From assembly GCA_963810095.1 (NCBI GenBank), contig CAWEMM010000006.1, forward strand, positions 1,856,168-1,920,167: 64,000 bases of DNA. The letters run 5' to 3'. The DNA is from an uncultured Chloroflexia bacterium. GTDB taxonomy: Bacteria > Chloroflexota > Anaerolineae > CG2-30-64-16. Every line of letters starts with the position of its first letter. The stretch's first letter is position 1. Shown here piece by piece: positions 31,085 to 41,259 of this stretch. A model generated the notes under the pieces. It had not been told where the DNA came from and made no database searches. It saw only the letters and a program-made list of their open reading frames with translations. Made by a program: the position numbers and the translations under genes.

Positions 31085-32839
31085 ATGGGAAATGGAGAAG
31101 CGAAGACGGTATCAAATGGGCGTGGGCCACAAACAATGTGTCGCTCCCATCGCACGTCTTGCCTGGTTGTCATGGTGCATTTTTCACAGCTCACCAGCTG
31201 TTCAGCAGCCGCGCCAGCCGGCCCTCCCGGGCCGACGTCGCTGCCGCCCAACGCGATCGGCATCTCGATCGTCACCAACGACACGAAGGCCGACTGGCTG
31301 CGGGCAGTGACCGACACCTTCAACAAGTCGGCCGTGAAGACCTCGGCCGGGCACGACATCATCGTCGAAATCATCCAGGAAGCGTCGCCCGAGCCCACCG
31401 TCCAGAAGATCGTTGCCGGCGAGCTGCAGCCGACGATCTGGAGCCCGGCAGACATCAGCTGGGTCGACCAGGCCAACCAGCAGCTCAAGCAGCAAGGCAA
31501 ATCATCGGTGGTCACCGAGTCATGCCCCCGCATCGTCTATGCCGCCACCGGATTCGCCATCTGGCGGCCGATGGCCGAGGCGCTGGGCTGGCCCGACAAG
31601 CAGGTCAGCTGGCAACAGCTCGCGGACCTGGCCGCGGACCCCGAGGGCTGGGGGCGGTACGGGCACCCACAGTGGGGGCAGTTCAAGTTCGGCCACACGC
31701 ATCCGGAGCAGTCGTCGACCGGGTTTAACATCCTTGCCTCGCTGGCCTATGCCGCCGCAGGCAAGACCGCAGGGCTGACGCCGGAGGACGTGCGAAGCCA
31801 GGCGGTGGTCGAGGCCTTCCGGCGGTTGGAGAGGGACACCTATCACTACGGCACGTCGACGCGCAGCCTGCTGACGGTAATGGCCCTACGCGGGCCTTCC
31901 TACCTCCATGCCGCGGCCGCAAGTGAGACGTCGATGCTGGCGACGCAGAAGAACCAGAAGGACGTGCTGCGCTTCCCGCTGGCCTTCATCTTCCCGGCCG
32001 AGGGCGCGTTCTGGATGGACAACCCGGCCTGCGTGCTCGATGCGGGCTGGGTCAGCGCGGAGCAGCGCGAGGCGGCGCAGACCTACCGGGATTACCTGCT
32101 GGCGTTCGAGCAGCAGGACAAGGCCATCGAGATGGGTCTGCGGCCGGCGGCGGCCAACGTGCCGCTGCACGCGCCGATATCGCTCGATAACGGCACTGAT
32201 CCGCGAGTGAGCTCGAAGACCATCCCGTCGCTCGCCAATCTCGACGCGGCGACGCATCAGGCTGTGATCGACGTCTTCAAGGAGACCAAGAAGAAAGCCA
32301 CGGTTGTGCTGGTCCTCGACCACTCGGGGAGCATGGTGGGCGACAAACTCGCCAATGCGGTCGTCGCAACGCGCAACTTTATCGAGCGGCTCGCTCCTGA
32401 CGATAGGGTCCATCTCTACTATTTCGACAGCGAGGTCGAGTATGCGGGGCCGAACGAAGGCCAGGATCGGGAAGCGGTTTTGAACGAACTGAGAATGGTA
32501 ACGGCAGACAGCGCGACCGCGTTGAATGACGCGCTCTGCGCAGGCGTCTCGACTGCGGAAGCCGACCGGAAAGCCGACCGGGCGGCTGGGGTGCAGCGGC
32601 TGTACGGCGTTGTCCTGCTCAGCGATGGTCAGGAAAACAAAAGCAAGCAGTGGGACGTGTTTGCATGTCTGCCGACCGGCGAAGATGTGGAAGGGGTCAA
32701 GGTTTTTACGATCGCGTACGGTTCGGATGCCGATGCCAATCTGTTGAAGAAGATTGCGGAACAGACGAACGGCAAGACGTTCAAGGGCGATCCCGAGACC
32801 ATCGACCAGGTGTACCTGGCGATTTCGGCCGAGCAGTAG
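31085..32839 (+). CDS. Extracellular solute-binding + vWA protein, paralog 2 (possible lipoprotein)
   Basis: Possible lipobox LTSC; same SBP motifs as paralog 1; MIDAS DHSGSM; ends ISAEQ; start codon uncertain. Confidence 0.85.
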   Translation: MGNGEAKTVSNGRGPQTMCRSHRTSCLVVMVHFSQLTSCSAAAPAGPPGPTSLPPNAIGISIVTNDTKADWLRAVTDTFNKSAVKTSAGHDIIVEIIQEASPEPTVQKIVAGELQPTIWSPADISWVDQANQQLKQQGKSSVVTESCPRIVYAATGFAIWRPMAEALGWPDKQVSWQQLADLAADPEGWGRYGHPQWGQFKFGHTHPEQSSTGFNILASLAYAAAGKTAGLTPEDVRSQAVVEAFRRLERDTYHYGTSTRSLLTVMALRGPSYLHAAAASETSMLATQKNQKDVLRFPLAFIFPAEGAFWMDNPACVLDAGWVSAEQREAAQTYRDYLLAFEQQDKAIEMGLRPAAANVPLHAPISLDNGTDPRVSSKTIPSLANLDAATHQAVIDVFKETKKKATVVLVLDHSGSMVGDKLANAVVATRNFIERLAPDDRVHLYYFDSEVEYAGPNEGQDREAVLNELRMVTADSATALNDALCAGVSTAEADRKADRAAGVQRLYGVVLLSDGQENKSKQWDVFACLPTGEDVEGVKVFTIAYGSDADANLLKKIAEQTNGKTFKGDPETIDQVYLAISAEQ

Positions 32840-32882
32840 GCAAGCGGCGGCGCCACGGAGGAGCGCGCTGAAGGAGGGTGGT

Positions 32883-35800
32883 ATGGGTGAGACAATGTCG
32901 GCCAACAGCCTTCTGTTGATGTTGGTGGCAGCGCTGGTATACCCAACCGCACTGAAGGCGTTGCTCCCCCCTGAGCGGCGTGGGCAGGTGGCCCTCTGGA
33001 AGCTGTGGGCCGTTACTCTGGCGTTCGCGTGCGGTTCGTGGTTCCTCGCGCTCTTCTGGGCGCAAGAGCTCCATCCGGAGACAGTGAGCATGGCGGCGAT
33101 CGCATGCCTCACGCTGGCACTGCCCATCGTTTACCGTTTGTGCTGCGCCACCGAACGCCCGACGCTCGGCTGGCTGCTACTGGCTCAGATCGGCGTGCTG
33201 GCCTACGCAGCGGGCTGTTGGGCCATCATGTCGTTGTCGGCGGCAGCGACAGACGCGACCGTCGAAAGCCAAACGCTCGGGTTGGCGTACCTGCTGCTCG
33301 CACCGACCCTGACCTGGGCGCTGCTTCCACTGCCGCAGGCGCCAAAGGCAGGCCTGTTCGTCGTCCTGAGCGCGCTGCTAGCCTATGCTGTCGCTTCTTG
33401 GGCAACCCTCGCGTTTTGGGGCATCTTCCCGCCGCTTCCCTCGCAACTCGAGCCGCTTCTAGGGGGTCTCGCCTGGTTGGTGGTCCTCGGGGTCCTCGCT
33501 TGGATCGCGGCACGGCTGCTAAGGACACCGCTGGGACCGGCCACGTCGCATGTCGTGTCGGGAGTCGCCACGGGCTTTCGCCGCTTGCCGGGCGCCGTGC
33601 TGCGCACCGTCACGAATGAGTGGTCCGACATACTAACTGAGTTCGGCCCACGTGGAAATCACCGGGAGGGGCTATCCGCTTGCCTGCCGTGCTCAGCGCC
33701 AATTGCCGGGCAATCCTGAGCGGCGCCTGGCGCTGGCTCGTCTCATTCGTCGGGGCAAGCGGGTTCGCCTTGGCGCTCGCCCGAGCGATGAGCGCGGAGC
33801 GCATGCAATCTTCGTCGCTGCACCGAAGTCGGGCGCGCACATGCTGGCCCGCAGTACCGCGCCATGGGCGTTGGATTCGTTGTCTTGGCGCTGGCAGCCT
33901 GGCATGCAATCCTGGTCACCGGCCGGGGCACCCGGCGGGGAGCTGTGTGGGCTCTGACCGTAGCGCCCAGATCGGCAGCCTTCGCGCTAGCTCGCGGGAC
34001 GGCGCGATGGGCATCGGATTCGCTGCCATAGCTGTCGCAGCCTGGCACGCAATCCTGGCAATCGGCAGCGCCATCCAGCGCGGAGCGGTCTGGGCCCTCG
34101 TCGTGGCGCTCAAGGCCTCCGCGCATGCTGGCTCACGTCAGCGCGTGCCCTGGGCATTGGATTCGTCGTCTTGGGGCTGGCAGCCTGGCACGCGATCCTG
34201 GCGTTCGGACAGCGCGATCCGGCGGGCCGTTACCTGGTCCGTGACCGTCGCGCCTGCAAAGGTGGGCGCAGGCGCGGCCGCGGGAGCCAAGGCCGGTTGG
34301 CTGGCCTGCCGTGCGGTAGCGGGCATCGCCGGGAACAGCATGCGAAGGGCCGCGCTGAGTCTGCTGGGCGCAGCCCGGTGGCTGGTAGTTGTGCTTCCGC
34401 CCGCCGCGTACCGCGGATTGGTGCGCACGCTTGTGGCGACGGGGCACCGGCTGATGGCTGCGGGACGCGCGGCCTGGCTGGCTCTGGCGAGCGCCGGGCG
34501 AGCCGTGGCGCACGCTCTCGCTACGGCAGCGATCTGGATAGGCCGGGCGATCGCCTGGCCCGTGGTTGTTGCTGCGCCGGCAGTCGCTCGCGCTTGCCTA
34601 TCTGGAGCTGGTGCCATCCAACACGGCCTGCGCAGGATCGCAAGTGTCGGCGCCCGAGGGTCAGTACGGCTGGTACGCGTTGGCCTTCCATCAGTTGCAC
34701 GTGCTCTCGTCGCAGATGTTCGGGCAGCGGGGCGAGGATTCGTGACTCTGATGCTCCGTGTCGCGGTTCTCGTCGGGGCCGCCCGGTCCGCTGCTAGAGG
34801 GGTGATATGGGCCGGCGCGGTTGGGATTCCGGCCGCGGGTCCGCGCTCGTTGTGGGTATACGAGCGGTTGGGATTGGTTTGGCCGCGGGCGTATCGGGCG
34901 CCGCCCACGCTTGCCTTGCGCTGTTGAGGGGCATCGGAAGCGCGGTCGTCTGGGTGGTGGTCGCCGGCGTGCCAGCGGTCGGGCGCGGCACCGTTGCCGC
35001 CATGGCCGCGATCCTGGACGGGCCTGCTTGCCGTAATGCACTGGCTCACGCGCGCTGTTGTTGGCCTCGGGCGTGCGATCGTACTGGCACCCGGCCGGCT
35101 GGTTGCGGTAACGCTCGCTGTCGGGCGGGGCTTGGCGCGCGGAGTGCAGGCCCTCGTTCGCTCGGTGCTCCTGTTGGTGGCGGTGGTAGCGCGGGGTATC
35201 GCCCACGTCTTCACCCGTGTCATCCCTCGGTTCGCCCGGTGGTTTGCCGCACTGGTAGCGACTGCGCCATCGCGTCTCTCGGCCGGGCTCCGGTCCGGCT
35301 TATCCCACCAACCACACGTGCGCCCGCGAACGGTCCTGCTATGGGGCAGCGTCCTCTTCGTGGCCGCGGGCGCAGCCACCTGGTTAAGCCGGCCTGGAGG
35401 CGCTGAGACCGTTGCGGCGGTCCCGACGGCTACGCCTCTCCCGCCCAATGCAATCGGCATATCGATCGTCACCAACGACACGAAGGCGGATTGGCTGCGC
35501 TCGGTGACCGACGTGTTCAACAAGTCGGACTTCAGAACCTCGGCCGGGCATGACATCATTGTCGAAATCATCCAGGAGGCGTCGCCCGAACCGACCGTAG
35601 CGAAACTCGTGGCGGGCGAGTTGCAGCCGACCATCTGGAGCCCGGCGAATATCAGCTGGGTGGAGCTGGCCAACCAGCAGCTCGCGGCGCAAAACAAGCC
35701 GCTGCTCGTGCGCGAAGAGTGCCCGCGGGTGGTGCTTGCGGCGACGGGCTTTACGATGTGGCGGCCGATGGCGGAGGCGCTGGGCTGGCCAAGACAAGCC

Positions 35801-37042
35801 GGTCAGCTGGAAGCAGATCCTGGAGCTGGTCGCCGACCCGCAGGGCTGGACGAAATACGGGCACCGGAGTGGGGAGAGTTCAAGTTCGGCCACCCCCATC
35901 CGGGAGAATCCTCGACGGGATTCAACATGTTGGCTTCGCTGGCGTACGCGGCACTGGCAAAGACCGGAGGACTAACGCCGGTCGACCTGCAGAGCGAGGC
36001 GGTAGTAGAGGCTTTTCGCAAACTGGAGCAGAACACCTACCACTACGGCACGTCGACGCGGGGCCTCCTGACAGTGATGGCCCTGCGAGGACCTTCCTAT
36101 CTGCACGCCGCGGCCGCAAGCGAGACGTCGATGCTTATGACGCAGCAGAATCAGAAGGACGTCCTACGTTTTCCACTGGCGTTTATCTTTCCCGAGGAGG
36201 GTGTCTTCTGGATGGACAACCCGGCGTGCGTGCTTGACGCGAGCTGGGTGAGCATGGAGCAACGGGAGGCGGCGCAGACATACCGGGAGTACCTGCTGGC
36301 ATTCGAGCAGCAGGACAAGGCCATCGAGATGGGCTTGCGGCCCGCAGTCCCGGGGGTTCCGCTGCATGCCCCGATCACGCTGGAGAACGGGACCGACCCC
36401 CGCGTGACCGAGAAGACGGTGCAGCCGCTGGAGAACGTGAGCGCAACGACGCACGATGCGGTCGTGGAGTTGTTCAGGCAGACCAAGAAACCGGCATCGG
36501 TGGTCCTCGTTATCGACACCTCCAACAGCATGGCCGGCGAAAGGCTGAGGAACACGATCCTCGCCACCCGCAACTTCATAACCCGCCTCGCACCACAGGA
36601 CAGGGTCCGCATGTACGCGTTCAACAATGAGGTGATGGAGGTGGGCCAGTACGGCGCAGCGGCGGAGGTGGGCCCCAAGCTATCGGAGGCTCTGGGCCGG
36701 GTGCGCCCGGGCGGCCAGACCGCCCTTAACGACGCGATCTGCACGGCAGTGCAGGCCGCAGAAGTCGCACGCGACGAGGATCGGGCCGCGGGCGAGAATC
36801 GCTTGTACGGGGTCGTCGTCCTATCGGATGGAGCGGAAAATCGGAGCAATCAGAAGGATGTTTTCGCGTGTTTGCCGACGGGCGAGGACGTCGAAGGCGT
36901 CAAGGTCTTTACGATCGCGTATGGTCCGGATGCCGATGCCGCGCTTTTGAAGACGATCGCGGAGCGCACCAACGGCAAGACATTCAAGGGTGCACCGGCA
37001 ACCATCGACCAGGTTTATCTCTGGATCTCGGCGGAGCAGTAG
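32883..37042 (+). CDS. Large multi-TM + amphipathic-repeat + SBP + vWA protein, paralog 3 (multiple frameshifts)
   Basis: About 7-8 TM segments at 32883-33530, Ala/Arg/Trp-rich helical region to about 35350, then a TM, an SBP nearly identical to paralog 2, MIDAS DTSNSM and ISAEQ; no clear internal RBS/start; may instead be two genes. Confidence 0.6.
33855..34250 (+). repeat. Three diverged tandem units of about 144 bp inside the large vWA gene
   Basis: TGGGC(G/A)T(T/C)GGATTCG...GCAGCCTGGCA(T/C)GC(A/G)ATCCTGG recurs near 33865, 34008 and 34151. Confidence 0.65.
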
Positions 37043-37187
37043 CGCGGAAATTGGCGGCTCGCCCGAGCAAGGCGGTCGTCTTTCGAGTGAAGGTGTGAAG
37101 CGGCGGCAATGAAGAGTAAAGAGCAGAAACGGCGGGCTTCTCCGCGAGGAAAATGCACGGACGTACGGATCTTGGGAGGAGGAACAT

Positions 37188-39531
37188 ATGACTCGTCGTG
37201 TCTTCGCCACGCTGGTTGCATTGATCCTGGTGATCTCTCCGACCGGCGTCCGGGCCGGCGTGGAAGTGGGGCAAGTCCCTGAGCCCCCAGCTAGCCAAAC
37301 ACACCCAGCTGAGTCGGGATCTGCCACTGCGCCAAACGCCAAGGTTGCGGCCGTGCTGGCCACCGCGATCAAGGTGGTGGCGGGTTCTTATCACACGTGC
37401 GCGCTGACAGGCGCGGGCGGCGTCAAGTGCTGGGGTCAGAACGACAGGGGCCAATTAGGAGACAACTCGACGATCAATCGGTCCGCGCCGGTCGACGTGG
37501 TTGGCTTGCGACGGGTGTGACGGCCGTAGGCGCAGGCGGACTCACACGTGCGCCGTGACCACTGGAGGTGGCGTCAAGTGCTGGGGCCAGAACGACAGGG
37601 GTCAGTTGGGCGACGGCACGACGACGGACCGACCTACGCCCGCTGCTGTGAGCGGGCTGGGGAGCGCCGTGACGACCGTCGCCCTAGGCGAGGCCCATAC
37701 CTGCGCGCTGACAAGCGCGGGCGGCGTTAGGTGCTGGGGCGACAACAGTTCCGGACAACTAGGCGACGGGACCTCGACCTCGCACACCATGCCCGTTGAT
37801 GTGAGCGGATTGCAGAGCGGGGTGGTGGCCGTGGCCGCGGGCAGCGCCCACGCCTGTGCCGTGACGAACGGGGCGCGGCCAAATGCTGGGGCAATAACGA
37901 CTCCTTTCAGCTGGGCGACGGTACAATGACGACTCGCACCACGCCGGTCGACGTGAGCGGGCTGGCGAGCGGCGTGGTGGCGGTGGCTGCAGGACATTAC
38001 CACACCTCCGCGCTGACCGTCACGGGGCCAGTCAAATGCTGGGGCTACAATATCCACGGTCAGTTGGGCGACGGTACAACGACCCTGCGCTATACGCCCG
38101 TGGACGTGAGCGAACTGACCAACGGCGCCGCGCTGGTCGCAGGCTGGGATCACACCTGTGCGCTGACGAGCGGCGGCGCGGTCAAGTGCTGGGGGGACAA
38201 CTCGTCAAATCAGCTGGGCGACGGCACGACGGCCAGCAGTTTGGTGCCGGTAGAGGTAAGCGGGCTGGCGAGCGGCGTGGTGGCGCTAGCGGCGGGCAGC
38301 GCCCACACCTGCGCGGTGATGAGCGGTGGCGCGCTCAAGTGCTGGGGTGCGAACCGCAGCGGCCAACTGGGCCGCGGCACGTGGAGTTGGAGTCCGGCCA
38401 CGACGAGCTATGTGAGCGGGCTGGCTAGCGGCGCGACGGCGTTGGCTGTAGGTGCTGTCCACACGTGTGTGCTGACGAGTGGCGGCATAGCCGAGTGCTG
38501 GGGCAATAACTGGTCCGGCCAGTTGGGTGACGGCACGACCGCGTCGAAATACACGCCGGTGGGAGTGAGCGGGTTGACAAGCGGCGTGACGGCGCTGGCT
38601 GCCGGCTGGAGCCACACCTGTGCCGTAACGAGTGAGGGGCGCGGCCAAATGCTGGGGCGACAACCAATACGGGCAGTTGGGCGACGGCACGACAACGGTT
38701 AGTACCACGCCGGTTGGTGTGAGTGGGCTAGGGAGCGGCGTAGTGACGTTGGCTGCGGCCGAGAACAATACGTGTGCCGTGCTGGTTGGTGGCGCGGTCA
38801 AGTGCTGGGGCGCTAACTGGTACGGCCAGCTGGGCGACGGCACGAGGACGTCACACTACACCCCTGTCCCCGTGAGCGGGCTGGCGAGCGGAGTGGCGGC
38901 GCTGGATGCGGGCTGGGACCACACCTGTGCGCTGACCAGCGGGGGTGCCGTCAGGTGCTGGGGTCTAAACCACTTGGGCCAACTGGGCGACGGCACGACC
39001 ACTCTTCCCATCACGCCGGTAGCCGTGGCGGGGCTTGCCGGCGTTGCCCGACTGAGCGCAGGCGGGAACCACTCCTGCGCTGTGACGAGCGGAGGCGCGG
39101 CGAAGTGCTGGGGCAATAACGGAGACGGCGAACTGGGCGACGGCACGACAACGAACCGCACCACGCCAACCGACGTGATCGGGCTTGCCAGTGGCGTCAC
39201 GGCTTCGACCGCGGGGTTCAGGCATACGTGTGCGCTGACCAGCGCTGGCGACGTTAAATGCTGGGGCGATAACGACTCCGGCCAATTGGGCGACGGCACT
39301 AACGAGGCTCGCACGACACCCATGGATGTCGGCGGGCTTCCGACCGGCGTAGTCGCCGTCGACGCAGGTGGGGAGCATACGTGCGTCGTAACCAACGCGG
39401 GCGGTGTCAAATGCTGGGGCGACGGCTCTTATGGCCAGCTCGGCGTCAATCCGGGCTGGACGCCAGTGGACGTGGTGGGGTTCGGAGCGCCGCCTGCGGC
39501 GGTCCTGTATCTGCCGGTGGTCTTTCGCTGA
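37188..39531 (+). CDS. Secreted RCC1/BLIP-II repeat protein, 14 repeats, C-terminal xYLP motif (several frameshifts)
   Basis: Signal peptide; HTCA...VKCWGxN..GQLGDGT repeated 14 times at about 153-nt period; ends LYLPVVFR; GGAGGAGG RBS. Confidence 0.88.
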
Positions 39532-39576
39532 TCTGCTTCTACGATGAGTAAAGGTAAGTACCGCCTGCAACTGATC

Positions 39577-39602
39577 ATAAGAAACATATCTGTTTACAAA
39601 AT
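39577..39602. promoter_or_regulatory. AT-rich palindrome, candidate operator of the SufR-like regulator
   Basis: ATAAGAAACA-TATC-TGTTTACAAAAT about 85 bp upstream of the regulator. Confidence 0.45.
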
Positions 39603-39683
39603 TGCGTTTACCGTGGTTTCCGGTTAACATGCTCTGGACGCGCGCTGTGCGGGCCGTTCTGGCCGGTACGCTCTGCAGGGGGG

Positions 39684-40544
39684 ATGTTAATGGGGGACAC
39701 CGAGCTGAACCAGGCGGTGAGCGATCAGCTTCAGCCGACCCGGCGCAAGATCATCCTGGCGCTCAAGCAGCGCGGGGGCATGACGGCTGCCGAGCTGGCG
39801 GAGCTGATGGGCATCACCAGCATGGGCGTACGCCGCCACCTGGCGATGCTCGAGCGCGATCACCTGGTGCGCTACGAGCTCGTGCAGCGGGGCAAAGGCC
39901 GGCCGTCCTACGTTTATGCGCTCAGCGACGAGGCGGAGCACCTGTTCCCCAAGAACTACGCCGCGCTGGCGAACGAATTGCTGGGCTACCTGGCCGCTAG
40001 CGAGGGCGACCAGGTGATCCGGTTGTTCGACCAGCGCGCACAGCGTCGCGTCCGCCAAGCCCAGGCGCGGCTGGACGGCAAGGGGCTGGGCGAGCGGGTG
40101 GCCGGGCTGGCGCAAATGCTCCATGACGAGGGGTACCTCGCCGAATGGGAGCAGGTCGACGCGGACACATACCTGCTCTCAGAGCACAACTGTGCCGTCC
40201 ATGACGTCGCCCAGGAGTTCCGGGCGGCGTGCGGGTCCGAGCTGGCGTTTCTGCAGGCCGTCCTGCCCGATGCCGACGTGACGCGCGAGCGGCACATGAT
40301 GGGCGGCGACCTGATGTGCGTGTACCGCATCCGGCGCAAGCCAAACCAGGTTCCTTCGGGCAAACCTGGTTTGGCTGCTAGCGGTACGCCATGTTTGTCG
40401 CCGCGCTGGCCGCCGACCTGTTTGTCGCCACTCGGATCGAGTCGGCGATTCGGGCAGCGGGCGCAGATGCGCGGATGGTGGACTCGGGCGAAGGGCTCTG
40501 GGATGCCATCGAGCGCTGGCCCGAGCTTGTGCTCATCGACCTAG
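39684..40544 (+). CDS. SufR-like HTH transcriptional regulator (true 3' end probably near 40340-40381)
   Basis: HTH MTAAELAE..GITSMGVRRHL..LE, GRP, Cys pattern EHNC..C..E..C.Y; the tail runs through a repeat into the next gene. Confidence 0.75.
   Translation: MLMGDTELNQAVSDQLQPTRRKIILALKQRGGMTAAELAELMGITSMGVRRHLAMLERDHLVRYELVQRGKGRPSYVYALSDEAEHLFPKNYAALANELLGYLAASEGDQVIRLFDQRAQRRVRQAQARLDGKGLGERVAGLAQMLHDEGYLAEWEQVDADTYLLSEHNCAVHDVAQEFRAACGSELAFLQAVLPDADVTRERHMMGGDLMCVYRIRRKPNQVPSGKPGLAASGTPCLSPRWPPTCLSPLGSSRRFGQRAQMRGWWTRAKGSGMPSSAGPSLCSST
40341..40374. repeat. AAACCAGGTT-family palindrome
   Basis: CCAAACCAGGTT-CCTTCGGGCA-AACCTGGTTTGG. Confidence 0.65.
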
Positions 40545-41144
40545 CCACGCCTGGCTGGGAAGAGCCCGTCCGGCGGGCCAAGACTCTGCCCCAAACCCGC
40601 GCCATCCCCATCGTGGCCTTCGGCTCTCACATCGACACGCTCACGCTGCGTGCGGCCCGCCAGGCCGGCTGCGATCATGCTTGGGCGCGCTCTCGTTTCT
40701 TCGAAGAATTGCCCCGCCTGCTCAAGGATGCGTTGTACCCCCCGGTGCGGTACGTGAGCGGCTGGGACGAGCCCCCGCCGCCGGCGCTGCTGCACGGGAT
40801 CGAGCAGTTCAATGCGGGCGAGTACTGGGAGTCTCACGAGACGCTCGAAGGGCTGTGGATTGCCGAGACGCGCGAGGTGCGCGATCTGTATCAGGGCATT
40901 CTCCAGGTGGGCGTCGCGTTCCATCACCTGAAGGGGCGCAACTTCCCCGGCGCGATCAAGTTGTTCCGCCGCGGCCTGCCCCGCTTGCGCAGCCTGCCCG
41001 AGGTGTGCCAGGGTGTACGTGTGGCCGAGCTGGCGCACGCGCGCCGCGCGCGTGCACGACCAAGCGCTCGACCTCGGGCCCGAGCGGCTGGCGGAACTTC
41101 CGCGGCCGTTCCCCCAAGTTGCGCTGCAACGCAACCCTCAATAA
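40391..41144 (+). CDS. Receiver-like domain fused to DUF309 (frameshift near 41040)
   Basis: LVLIDL, IVAFGSH, AR.AGC; GIEQFNAGEYWESHETLEGLW, YQGILQVGVAFHH. Confidence 0.8.
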
Positions 41145-41259
41145 TCTCCCGGACGCGAGGACGCGCGAGCATAAACGCTGTGGGAAATCTTTGTGCCCCT
41201 TCGTTTCTTTCGTCCTTTGTGTTATACTTTGGGCATAACGAACATTTGCACTGGTTATT

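Noticed and set aside
37380-39480. Regular repeats of about 153 bp as a CRISPR or non-coding array
   Set aside because: They are degenerate in-frame RCC1 protein repeats, with no identical repeat-unique spacer pattern and no cas genes
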